From Planctomycetaceae bacterium (GTDB taxonomy: Bacteria > Planctomycetota > Planctomycetia > Pirellulales > Pirellulaceae), in NCBI GenBank assembly GCA_007127095.1, contig SKZY01000185.1, forward strand, positions 1 through 60,625: a stretch of DNA of 60,625 bases, in the 5' to 3' direction. A program made the position numbers and the translations under genes. Positions 1 to 8,430 of the stretch are shown here, in pieces. A model generated the notes under the pieces. It saw only the letters and a list, made by a program, of their open reading frames with translations, had not been told where the DNA came from and searched no databases. Within the stretch, counting starts at the first letter, position 1, and every line of letters begins with the position of its first letter.

Positions 1-1943
1 AAAAAGTCGTCGGCCCCGGCGGCGATGCAATCGCGTTCCAAGGAGCGGCCGTCGGCGCCGGTCATCACGATGATCGGTGCCGTGATGCCGCCCCGTCGCG
101 CCCCATGGACCGACTCTACCCCCTGTGAGTCGGGCAGGTTCAAATCGAGCAGGACGATGTCGAACAGCGATCGACGGTTCGCCTGAATCGCTTCGGCCAG
201 TGTGGTCACCGCCTCGATTTCGACCTGGTGGCGAGTCGCCTGCAACGTCTGCCGGGTCACGATCAATTGGGTCAGGCTGTCTTCGATCATCAACACCCGG
301 AGTCCCGACTGGCGATGCGGTGTAACCCCCAACCTCTCGCCACACGACGCGATCGCTTCAAGCACCTCGTCCATCGTTTGATAGCGGTCCTCCGGATTCA
401 GCCGCGTCATCTTGCCGACGAGTTCGTACAAACAGGGTGGCAGGTCGTCGCGAACCGCTCTCAGGTCCATCATCCCACGGCGGCTGACCAACGACATCGC
501 CCGGTGCCGTTGGGACCTGCCCCGCAAGTGGCTCTGGCCGGTCAACAAGAAGAACAGCGTGCAACCGAGGCTGTAAATGTCACTGCGTCGGTCCGATTCG
601 GTCAGTTCGTCGGCTTGCTCGGGGGCCATGTAGTCGATCGTGCCGATCAGGTGACCGGTGTGCGTGTGCCACGATTCATTCCCGTGCGGTAACGCTTCGA
701 TGGCGTCGACGAACCGGGCCAATCCCATGTCGACCAGCTTGATCCGATTGCCGGGACCAAGCATCAGGTTGCCCGGTTTGACGTCGCGATGGATCAGCCC
801 ACGCTGGTGCGCATGGGCGAGCGCTCGAGCCGCCTGATTGACGTAATCGATCGCTTCACCAGGTGATAGCGGGCCATGGTCGATCACCCATTCGGCCAGA
901 TTGGAACCCTCGACCAACTCCATCACGATATGCAGCTGATTGCCGTGGCGGCCGACCGATCGGGCGACGGCGATGTTGGGATGCGCCAATCCACAAACCG
1001 CCTCCATCTCTCGTAAAAAGCGGCGGTGCGCGTTCGAGTCGAGGGCGTCGGTCTGTTCCAACAGCTTCATCGCGAAGCGGTGGCCGGTGACCGGATGGCG
1101 TACTCGCAACACGATCGCCATGCCGCCACGGCCGACACGATCGAGGACTTCGTAACCGCCGATCTTGAGCAGTTCAACGAGGCCGACACAGATCAAGACG
1201 GCTTGATATCCGGTCAATTTTTCGCTCACGATCAGCCGATTGACGACTTCGGCGGACGTACAACCGGGCGGGGCTTCCAGGTCTGTCAGCGAAATGGTCG
1301 ACAATCCGGCCCGATTCAGGTTGGCCAGGAACCCCGCCGCCGTCGCGCCGGCCAAGCAGTCCTCCAACAATCCCGCCGTTTCAAAGTCGTAGGTCAGGTG
1401 CGAGGCACCGGCCGGATCGCGGGGGAAGACGAATCGGGTCGGACTGTTCCCCAAAGTCGCCTCGGCTTGCCCATTGGACATCCCGGCGAACTCGGACAGC
1501 TCTCCGATCCGCGTCGCCGCGCGAGCTGCGTCACGTTCTTCTTCACAGTCCGCATCACGGTCTGCGGGCAGCTCGCCTGCCGCTGCCGATACGCTGGCAT
1601 TCACCGGCTCGGCGGTTTCCGCACGCGTTGCCGTGTCGGCCAGCATCGGCCGTGGCCCGAGCCAACTCAGCAGGGCGATCGTAGCTACGCTCGTCAGCGT
1701 CAATCCGACGAGAATCGCTGCTGGCAGCGGCGACGGAAAAACCCCTATCAGGACCAACCAGGCCGTACCGAGTGCCGCAAAAGAAACCGACCAGCCGAGC
1801 CCGCTGCGGCTCTCTGCGGGAGACTGGGCCGCCACCCAGACAAACAATGCCACCACGCATGGCAGGCCGTAGCCGCTGGACGTCAGCATTGAGACACTGA
1901 TGATGATTCCCAACATCCGCAGTTGGCGGCGATTCATCTGCAT
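1..1943 (-). CDS. Membrane-anchored Ser/Thr protein kinase with C-terminal response-regulator receiver (REC) domain; C-terminus runs off the left window edge
   Basis: Absent from the ORF track because there is no stop codon in the window. Reverse translation from ATG (1943-1941; MQMNRRQLRMLGIIISV...) stays open to nt 1, and the frame is consistent at both ends. The N-terminal ~100 aa are hydrophobic (TM segments). Kinase motifs: GRGGMAIV (Gly loop), FAMKLL (Lys), HRDVKPGNLM (catalytic loop), DMGLAR (DFG-like), TIDYMAPEQ (APE). A REC domain follows: LRVLMIEDS...FDIVLLDLNLPDSQG...PIIVMTG. Confidence 0.85.
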   Translation of the reverse strand, partial: MQMNRRQLRMLGIIISVSMLTSSGYGLPCVVALFVWVAAQSPAESRSGLGWSVSFAALGTAWLVLIGVFPSPLPAAILVGLTLTSVATIALLSWLGPRPMLADTATRAETAEPVNASVSAAAGELPADRDADCEEERDAARAATRIGELSEFAGMSNGQAEATLGNSPTRFVFPRDPAGASHLTYDFETAGLLEDCLAGATAAGFLANLNRAGLSTISLTDLEAPPGCTSAEVVNRLIVSEKLTGYQAVLICVGLVELLKIGGYEVLDRVGRGGMAIVLRVRHPVTGHRFAMKLLEQTDALDSNAHRRFLREMEAVCGLAHPNIAVARSVGRHGNQLHIVMELVEGSNLAEWVIDHGPLSPGEAIDYVNQAARALAHAHQRGLIHRDVKPGNLMLGPGNRIKLVDMGLARFVDAIEALPHGNESWHTHTGHLIGTIDYMAPEQADELTESDRRSDIYSLGCTLFFLLTGQSHLRGRSQRHRAMSLVSRRGMMDLRAVRDDLPPCLYELVGKMTRLNPEDRYQTMDEVLEAIASCGERLGVTPHRQSGLRVLMIEDSLTQLIVTRQTLQATRHQVEIEAVTTLAEAIQANRRSLFDIVLLDLNLPDSQGVESVHGARRGGITAPIIVMTGADGRSLERDCIAAGADDF

Positions 1944-2286
1944 TTCCCCCTACGGCCAAGGCCACACGGGTGAGTCCGACCTTTTGGGACCGCTTCACGG
2001 CCGAACGACTCTTTCAGCCGCTCGACGCTCGATTCGGTACCGCCGGGTCAACGGTTCGCTCGCCGTCACCGCTTTCGATCACGTTGACACGAGACGCCCC
2101 GATGAGCTTGAGTTTAGCCGATTCGCCGGGGGGGTGGGGCGGTCCATAGCCGTTTGATCGCCCCGCTCGTCGCGGATGTTCGGTTCCGGCAAACCGCATC
2201 GATCGCTATCATCGCCAGCCGGGAAGACTCCCTGTCGCTCCTGCGTCTCCCCCCAATTCACTTTCCAGCCCCCGGTTCAGCCAGCG

Positions 2287-5130
2287 ATGAGAACAGACGA
2301 GTTACGAGAGCAGTATCTGGCATTTTTTGAATCCAAGGGATGCGTCCGGCAACCGAGCGACGTGTTGGTCCCGACCTGGGACCCGTCGGTCCTGTTCACC
2401 CCAGCCGGGATGAATCAGTTCAAGGACCATTTCCTAGGCAAGGTGAAACTCGACTTCACCCGGGCCACAACGTGTCAGAAATGCCTCCGTACCGGCGACA
2501 TCGATAACGTCGGCCGAACGGCCTATCACCACACTTTCTTTGAGATGTTGGGCAACTTCAGCTTCGGCGATTACTTCAAGCGCGAAGCGATCCTCTGGGC
2601 CTGGGAGTTCCTGACCGACAAACGTTGGCTCGGTATCGAACCGGGTCGACTCAGCGTGACCGTTTACAAGGACGACGACGAAGCTCGACGGATTTGGGGC
2701 GACGAGGTCGGCCTGCCAAACGGTCGGATCGCCGGGATGGAAGAAGACGAGAACTTTTGGCCCGCCAGCGCCCCCAGCCTTGGCCCCGACGGAGTCTGCG
2801 GTCCTTGCAGCGAGATCTATTACCATCTCGACGACGGTACCAACGTGGAGATCTGGAACCTCGTCTTCACCCAGTTCAACCGGATCGGCACGCCGCCCAA
2901 CAACCTGCATCCGTTGCCGAGCAAAAACATCGACACCGGAATGGGGTTGGAACGCTGCGCCAGTGTGCTGCAAGGTGTCCCGACCAACTATCACATCGAC
3001 ATCCTGCGGCCGATCGTCGACGCCGTCGCCGAGGTTACCGGGGTCGCCTACGAATACCAGAGCGAGAACGGACGCCGGCTGCGACGGATCACCGACCACA
3101 TCCGGGCCTGTACCTTCGCCGTTCATGAAAACGTCTACCCCGGCGCCAACGGGGCCAAATATGTGATCCGGCGACTGATCCGGCGAGCGGTACTGGACGG
3201 TCACCAGATGGCGATTCGCGATCCGTTCCTCTATCGCCTCGTCGATGCCGTCGCCGACGCGATGAAGCGACAATATCCCGAGTTATCCGAAACGACCGCC
3301 CGGGTCGCCGATGTGATCAAGAGCGAAGAGGAACGCTTCTTGGCGACCATCGATGTCGGCCTCGACCGGATCGAAAGGCTGTTCGACCAAATGCGTGGCG
3401 ATGGCGTGGCGACCGTCGACGGTGGGCGGGCCGCCGAACTCTACACCAGCTTCGGCGTCCCGCCGGAACTGCTGCAACAGATCGCCGCCGAACACGATTT
3501 TTCATTCGATTGGGACGGCTACCGGGCGGCGATGCAGACGCATGCCGAGATCAGCGGCGGCGAACAGGTCAAACTGTTTCAGACCGGTCCGCTCGAGCAG
3601 CTCAAGGAGTCGATCCGTGAGACACCGTTCCTCGGCTATGACACGACTTCTTCCACCGCCGAAGTCAAGGGAATCATCCGCGGCGATGGTCACGACGACG
3701 AAGACGCCGGCGAAGCGCTGAGTGAAGCCGTCGCCGACCCGGACAATCCGCTACGGCTCGTCCTGTCCCAGACACCCTTCTATGCCGAATCGGGTGGCCA
3801 GGTCGGTGACACTGGGACGATTTCGGCCGTCGCGGGCGAGCCGCCGTTCGAGTTCGTGGTCACCGACACGCAGAAACATGCCGGCTTGATCGTCCACCAC
3901 GGCCGCTTGATTTCGGGCCGCTTGAGCGTTCGGGCAACGTGTCAGGCGGTTGTCGACGTCGCTCGACGTGACGCGCTGCGGCGAGCCCACTCGGCGACCC
4001 ACATCCTCCACCACGCTCTGCAGAATCACGTCGGCAAACACGCCCAACAGCAGGGCAGCAAGGTCGATGCTGATTGGCTCCGGTTCGACTTTTCCCACCA
4101 GCAAGCGCTCAGCGACGAAACGCTGGCCAAGATCGTCTCCGATGTCGCGGACCGGGTCGCCGAGGATGCCGCAGTCGTTTGCCGTACGGTTTCGCTCGCC
4201 GATGCCCGGCAGGCCGGGGCGATGATGCTGTTCGGCGAAAAGTATCCCGACCCGGTACGGATGGTCTCGATGGGCGAGTTCAGCCGCGAACTCTGTGGCG
4301 GTACCCACCTCGATTCGACCGGGCAAGTCGGCCAATTCGAATTGATCGCCGAAGAGAGCGTTTCAGCCGGCACCCGGCGGGTGATCGCAATGACCGGCGA
4401 CCGGGCGGCGCAGTATCGCCAACAGATCCTGGATGTCATCGGCCGCGCCTGCCGCTCACTCGGTTCGCCACCCCAGCGTCTGGCCGAAAACGTCGCGGCG
4501 CTGGTCGCCGACGTCCGCTCGATCAAAAAGGAGATCGCCGCGGGTAAAGCGGGTCAGCACCCGACGTTCGGTGCCGCGAACTCGACCGCCCAAACCGCGC
4601 CTCAGGCGAGCGACTATCTGGTAGCCAAGTCGCAACTCCGCGACGCCGCCAGAACACTCAACGTCGCCCCGGTCGATGTCGCCGAACGGATCGACGCGAT
4701 GCTGGAAGAACGCACCCGAATGCTCACAGAATTGACCGAGGTCGCTGCCGGCGGCGAGTTGTCGCCTGCCGATTTATTGGCAGAGGGTGAAGCGGTGGGA
4801 GACGCGACGTTGGTCGTCACACAAACCGCTGGCGGTAACGCCAACTTGATGCGGGGCTGGATCGATGCGATCCGTAAGACCAGTCCCCGCCCTGTCGCTG
4901 TATTGCTGGCCACGATTCATGACGACAAGGTGATCCTGGTCGGCGGACTCAGCCGGGCCCTGGTCGATCGCGGTTTGAGCGCCGGTAAGTGGGTCGGTGA
5001 CACCGCTCGCGCGGTCGGTGGTGGCGGCGGCGGTCGCCCTGACCTGGCCCAGGCCGGTGGCAAAGATGCTGCCAAATTGCCCTCAGCACTCGCCGCGGCG
5101 AAGGAGCAGATGCGGAACTGGATCGGCTGA
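2287..5130 (+). CDS. alaS: Alanine--tRNA ligase
   Basis: The track ORF is 2176..5130. The internal ATG at 2287 gives a canonical AlaRS N-terminus (MRTDELREQYLAFFESKGC). Also present: FTPAGMNQFK, the editing-domain motif HSATHILHHAL...CGGTH, and a C-terminal DHHA1-like GGGGGGRPDLAQAGG. Confidence 0.97.
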   Translation: MRTDELREQYLAFFESKGCVRQPSDVLVPTWDPSVLFTPAGMNQFKDHFLGKVKLDFTRATTCQKCLRTGDIDNVGRTAYHHTFFEMLGNFSFGDYFKREAILWAWEFLTDKRWLGIEPGRLSVTVYKDDDEARRIWGDEVGLPNGRIAGMEEDENFWPASAPSLGPDGVCGPCSEIYYHLDDGTNVEIWNLVFTQFNRIGTPPNNLHPLPSKNIDTGMGLERCASVLQGVPTNYHIDILRPIVDAVAEVTGVAYEYQSENGRRLRRITDHIRACTFAVHENVYPGANGAKYVIRRLIRRAVLDGHQMAIRDPFLYRLVDAVADAMKRQYPELSETTARVADVIKSEEERFLATIDVGLDRIERLFDQMRGDGVATVDGGRAAELYTSFGVPPELLQQIAAEHDFSFDWDGYRAAMQTHAEISGGEQVKLFQTGPLEQLKESIRETPFLGYDTTSSTAEVKGIIRGDGHDDEDAGEALSEAVADPDNPLRLVLSQTPFYAESGGQVGDTGTISAVAGEPPFEFVVTDTQKHAGLIVHHGRLISGRLSVRATCQAVVDVARRDALRRAHSATHILHHALQNHVGKHAQQQGSKVDADWLRFDFSHQQALSDETLAKIVSDVADRVAEDAAVVCRTVSLADARQAGAMMLFGEKYPDPVRMVSMGEFSRELCGGTHLDSTGQVGQFELIAEESVSAGTRRVIAMTGDRAAQYRQQILDVIGRACRSLGSPPQRLAENVAALVADVRSIKKEIAAGKAGQHPTFGAANSTAQTAPQASDYLVAKSQLRDAARTLNVAPVDVAERIDAMLEERTRMLTELTEVAAGGELSPADLLAEGEAVGDATLVVTQTAGGNANLMRGWIDAIRKTSPRPVAVLLATIHDDKVILVGGLSRALVDRGLSAGKWVGDTARAVGGGGGGRPDLAQAGGKDAAKLPSALAAAKEQMRNWIG

Positions 5131-5143
5131 CGCCGCGTCGGCT

Positions 5144-6367
5144 ATGATCGGCTCGATCGATTCAACCCGTCGTCGTCACCGCCGCGCTCCGTTGTCGTTA
5201 TTTTCAATTTCTTGCCACCGACCGAGGCCCCGCCGAATCGTGACCGACCATCCTTCGACAACGTCCGACCTGTCGCCTGTGGTGACGGACACCACCCCGG
5301 CGGTAGCCGCTAACACGGGGCTGGCAAGGCACCATCGGATCGTTTTGCTGACCGACGGTTTTTCTACCCCATTCCTCGCCAAGACCGCGATCAGCTTACT
5401 GCGCTATCGCACCGACGATGTCGTCGCGCTGCTCGACGCAACCACGGAGGCCAAGACGACCGCTGAGTTGCTCGGGGTCGGTGGCGACATCCCCGTCGTC
5501 CCGCGATTGGCCGATGTCGAGCAGGCCGATGCGTTGTACGTCGGGATCGCCCCTCCGGGCGGCAAACTCCCCGCCGCATGGCGAACGGTGATTATCGAAG
5601 CACTGCAACGGGGGATCGATGTCGTCTCGGGATTGCACGACTTTTTGACCGACGATCCCGAATATGTCAATCTGGCCCTGACCGGCGGTGGGTGCCTGGT
5701 CGATGTCCGTCGCAACCGCTTGAAAGAGACCGCCAGCGGGCGGGCGTTTCGTCCCGGCTGCGTCCGGATCCATACCGTCGGCCACGACTGCAGCATCGGC
5801 AAGATGGTCGCCTCGATCGAGGTCCAGCGAGGTCTCGTCGCCGCCGGTCATGACGCCAAGTTCCTCGCCACCGGGCAAACCGGGATCATGATTTCCGGCG
5901 GTGGTATTCCGATCGATTGCGTCGTCTCCGATTTCGTCAACGGCGCCGCCGAGCGGTTGGTCGCCGAAAGCGAAGCACACGATTTTTTACTCGTCGAGGG
6001 GCAGGGCAGCCTGACGCACCCAGCCTTTTCGGCTGTCACACTCGGCCTGCTCCACGGCGCCGCCCCCGACGGACTGATTTATTGCTACGAGGCCGGCCGC
6101 CGATTTGTGAAGGGGTTCGACGACATCGAGATCCCCGACTTGCAGAAACAAATCGATTTCTTTCTCGCCGCAGCCAACTTCCGTCATCCCTGTCGACTGA
6201 TCGGTGTGGCGATCAACACCCGCACGCTCAGCGCCGAGCAAGCGGCTGCCGAAATCGCTGAAGCCGAGCAGCGGTTCGGTGTGCCGGCCTGCGACGTTTA
6301 CCGCGACGGGGCCGACAGGTTGGTCGCCGCTGCGGTCAGTCTCCGTGATCACTTGGTGAAAAACTGA
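5144..6367 (+). CDS. DUF1611 family protein (DgcN-like putative N-acetyltransferase)
   Basis: Track ORF 4997..6367 overlaps alaS, so I chose the first ATG after the alaS stop (5144). An in-frame GTG at 5240 is an alternative start. The body (RIVLLTDGFSTPFLAKTA...HTVGHDCSIGKM...LVEGQGSLTHPAFS) matches my memory of the DUF1611 P-loop-like family. Confidence 0.75.
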   Translation: MIGSIDSTRRRHRRAPLSLFSISCHRPRPRRIVTDHPSTTSDLSPVVTDTTPAVAANTGLARHHRIVLLTDGFSTPFLAKTAISLLRYRTDDVVALLDATTEAKTTAELLGVGGDIPVVPRLADVEQADALYVGIAPPGGKLPAAWRTVIIEALQRGIDVVSGLHDFLTDDPEYVNLALTGGGCLVDVRRNRLKETASGRAFRPGCVRIHTVGHDCSIGKMVASIEVQRGLVAAGHDAKFLATGQTGIMISGGGIPIDCVVSDFVNGAAERLVAESEAHDFLLVEGQGSLTHPAFSAVTLGLLHGAAPDGLIYCYEAGRRFVKGFDDIEIPDLQKQIDFFLAAANFRHPCRLIGVAINTRTLSAEQAAAEIAEAEQRFGVPACDVYRDGADRLVAAAVSLRDHLVKN

Positions 6368-7383
6368 TGGAAATCATCCAGCATCGATTGCGGCTGCCGT
6401 TGGCCGACCCGTTTACGATCGCCTATCGCTCGATCACCGATCAAGATTCGCTGGTCGTCGAACTCCGTGATGGCGACCTGCGTGGGTTCGGCGAAGTGAC
6501 CGTCAACGATTATTACGGCCACACCTACGAGTCGATGGCGCGGTCGCTGGCCGCCGCCCAACCCTACCTCGATGCCTACGCCAGCGAGCCGCCGGAGCAG
6601 GTTTGGCCACGGATGCTGAAGACGATGCGAGGTGACCGCTTCGCGCTCTCAGCGATCGATATCGCTGCCCACGACTTGTGGGGAAAACGACACAGCCAAC
6701 CCTGTTGGCAAGCCTGGGGCCTGACCTGGGATGATGTCCCGGTGTCGAGCTACACCATCGGGATCGACACGATCGATCGGATGGCTGAAAAGTTGCAGCG
6801 GCGATCGGGGTGGCCGATCTACAAGATCAAGCTCGGTACGCCCGAGGACCTCGAGATCGTGCGTGCCTTGCGGCAACATACCGACGCCACCTTTCGGGTC
6901 GACGCCAATTGCGGCTGGACAGTGGAACAGACGGTCGAACGTGCGGTCGAACTGCGGCGTTTGGGGGTCGAGTTCATCGAACAACCGCTCGCCGCCGAGG
7001 CTACCGATGAAGAAAAACAGGACCTCTTTCGCCGTTCGGTACTGCCGTTGGTGGCCGACGAGAGTTGTCGGATCGAGTCGGATGTCGCCAGCTGTGTCGG
7101 TCGCTTCCACGCCATCAATGTCAAGCTTTGCAAGTGTGGCGGGCTGACACCGGCGGTAGCGATGTTGCGACAGGCCCGTGAACTCGGGCTGCGGACGATG
7201 GTCGGCTGCATGGTCGAAACATCGATCGGAATCGCCGCGGCGGCGCAGTTGTTGCCACTTCTCGATTACGCCGATCTCGACGGCGCGTTACTGCTGGCAG
7301 CCGACCCAGCCCGAGGACTGACGATCGAACGCGGACGAGTGACCCAACCCTGGCAGCCCGGGTTGGGCGTCGAGTACCCGTAA
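6367..7383 (+). CDS. Enolase-superfamily racemase/epimerase (dipeptide epimerase / DgcA-like N-acyl-amino-acid racemase)
   Basis: The ATG overlaps the upstream stop (TGATG at 6365-6369). MLE-subgroup catalytic pattern: KIKLG (KxK), FRVDANCGW, IEQPL, VADES, NVKLCKCGG, ADLDGALLL. Confidence 0.85.
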   Translation: MEIIQHRLRLPLADPFTIAYRSITDQDSLVVELRDGDLRGFGEVTVNDYYGHTYESMARSLAAAQPYLDAYASEPPEQVWPRMLKTMRGDRFALSAIDIAAHDLWGKRHSQPCWQAWGLTWDDVPVSSYTIGIDTIDRMAEKLQRRSGWPIYKIKLGTPEDLEIVRALRQHTDATFRVDANCGWTVEQTVERAVELRRLGVEFIEQPLAAEATDEEKQDLFRRSVLPLVADESCRIESDVASCVGRFHAINVKLCKCGGLTPAVAMLRQARELGLRTMVGCMVETSIGIAAAAQLLPLLDYADLDGALLLAADPARGLTIERGRVTQPWQPGLGVEYP

Positions 7384-7400
7384 GCACCGCTCAAGACCCG

Positions 7401-7490
7401 CAACGCAATGGCGCAAGCCATGCGGCCCCACAACGCAATGGCGCAAGCCACGTGGCCCCACAACGCAATGGCGCAAGCCATGTGGCCTCG
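7401..7490. repeat. Three tandem 30-bp repeats (CAACGCAATGGCGCAAGCCAYGYGGCCYCR)
   Basis: Read directly: the three units are 7401-7430, 7431-7460 and 7461-7490, with 2-4 substitutions between units. Each unit contains ATGGC-GCAA-GCCAT, a 5-bp stem with a GNRA-type loop. The array lies 18 nt after the stop of the epimerase gene. Confidence 0.9.
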
Positions 7491-7799
7491 TTGTTGGGCG
7501 GTGGCTGCGTTCGAGGCGACCAACCCAACCCCTCGATCATTACCCCCCCTCAGAACGGCAACTTTCTTAGGCGATAAGCGTGAAATTGGGTGGGGAAGCC
7601 TCGATTTTGGTGATAGCGGGGATTACCTTCCAGAACCTGTTTGGCCATCGTGTATATCGGGACCGATCTGGTATCTTAAGGGAAGGTGTCCGGTCCGTGA
7701 GCCGTGACGGAGCCGCGGTTGGCGGACCAGGCACAACGCTCGACAGCTCGCCACCGATGATGTCTGCCTAATCACATTCAATTCCTGCGGTAATCCGCT

Positions 7800-8429
7800 A
7801 TGCCAATCCGAGTCCTTTCCGTCGATGACCATGAAGTCGTTCAGTTGGGTCTAGGGGTACTGTTCGAGCAGAGCTCTGTGCGACTGCAGACCACTGCCAA
7901 GACTTCCGCCGAGGCATTGCAGGCGCTCGGAAAGCGGCAGCCTGATGTCGTATTGACCGAAACCCTGCTGCCTGACGGAAGCGGGATCGACTTGCTGAAG
8001 CAAATCAAGGCAGAGTGGCCCTCGTTGCCGGTCCTCTTTTTCACCGGCAGCGAAAGCCCGAGTTACATGGCTCGAGGTTACGCCTCGGGGGCGGCCGGCT
8101 ACGTCACGAAGTCGGATCGATTAAACCGCCTGATGGACGTCGTCAGCCTAGTCGCAAGCGGCAAAATGGCTTGGACCGAAGAGCAGTTGAAACAGTTCAC
8201 TGGCGGCTTGTCGCCCGATCCTGAGAGTTCACTCACGGCACGCGAAGGCGACGTGCTCCAGCTGCTGGCACATGGCCTGACGAATAACGAAATCGCAGCC
8301 GTGCTCCAAATCGGTTACGAGACGGTGAAGGAACATGTCCAACACATTTTGAGAAAACTGGGCGTACGCCATCGCACCCAGGCTGCCGTGTGGGCTGTCC
8401 GCAAGGAAATGACTCGTTCTGACAAGTAA
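7800..8429 (+). CDS. NarL/FixJ (LuxR-type HTH) family response regulator, atypical receiver (Glu at acceptor position)
   Basis: REC motifs: VLSVDDHEVV, FFTGSES, GYVTK. C-terminal LuxR HTH: LTAREGDVLQLLAHGLTNNEIAAVLQIGYETVKEHVQHILRKLGV. The position normally held by the phospho-acceptor Asp reads PDVVLTETLLPDGSG, i.e. E54 (GAA at 7959-7961). Confidence 0.9.
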   Translation: MPIRVLSVDDHEVVQLGLGVLFEQSSVRLQTTAKTSAEALQALGKRQPDVVLTETLLPDGSGIDLLKQIKAEWPSLPVLFFTGSESPSYMARGYASGAAGYVTKSDRLNRLMDVVSLVASGKMAWTEEQLKQFTGGLSPDPESSLTAREGDVLQLLAHGLTNNEIAAVLQIGYETVKEHVQHILRKLGVRHRTQAAVWAVRKEMTRSDK

Positions 8430-8430
8430 A

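Noticed and set aside
1026-1892. 288-aa plus-strand ORF, plus other ORFs at 125-1998 in the track
   Set aside because: It is antisense to the kinase-REC gene, whose translation shows complete Hanks-kinase and receiver motifs. The plus-strand product is Arg/Gly/Gln-rich with no motifs. This is a typical high-GC shadow ORF.
2434-3273. 279-aa minus-strand ORF inside alaS, plus the other ORFs at 2625-4913
   Set aside because: They lie entirely within the well-supported alaS frame. The compositions are Arg/Pro/Gly-rich and no domains are recognisable.
4997-5143. N-terminal extension of the DUF1611 ORF
   Set aside because: It would overlap alaS by 134 nt. The extension is Arg/Pro-rich and unlike the family. 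The first ATG after the alaS stop (5144) was used instead.
7401-7490. Possible CRISPR array
   Set aside because: The repeats are directly tandem with no spacers, there are only three units, and no cas genes are in the window.
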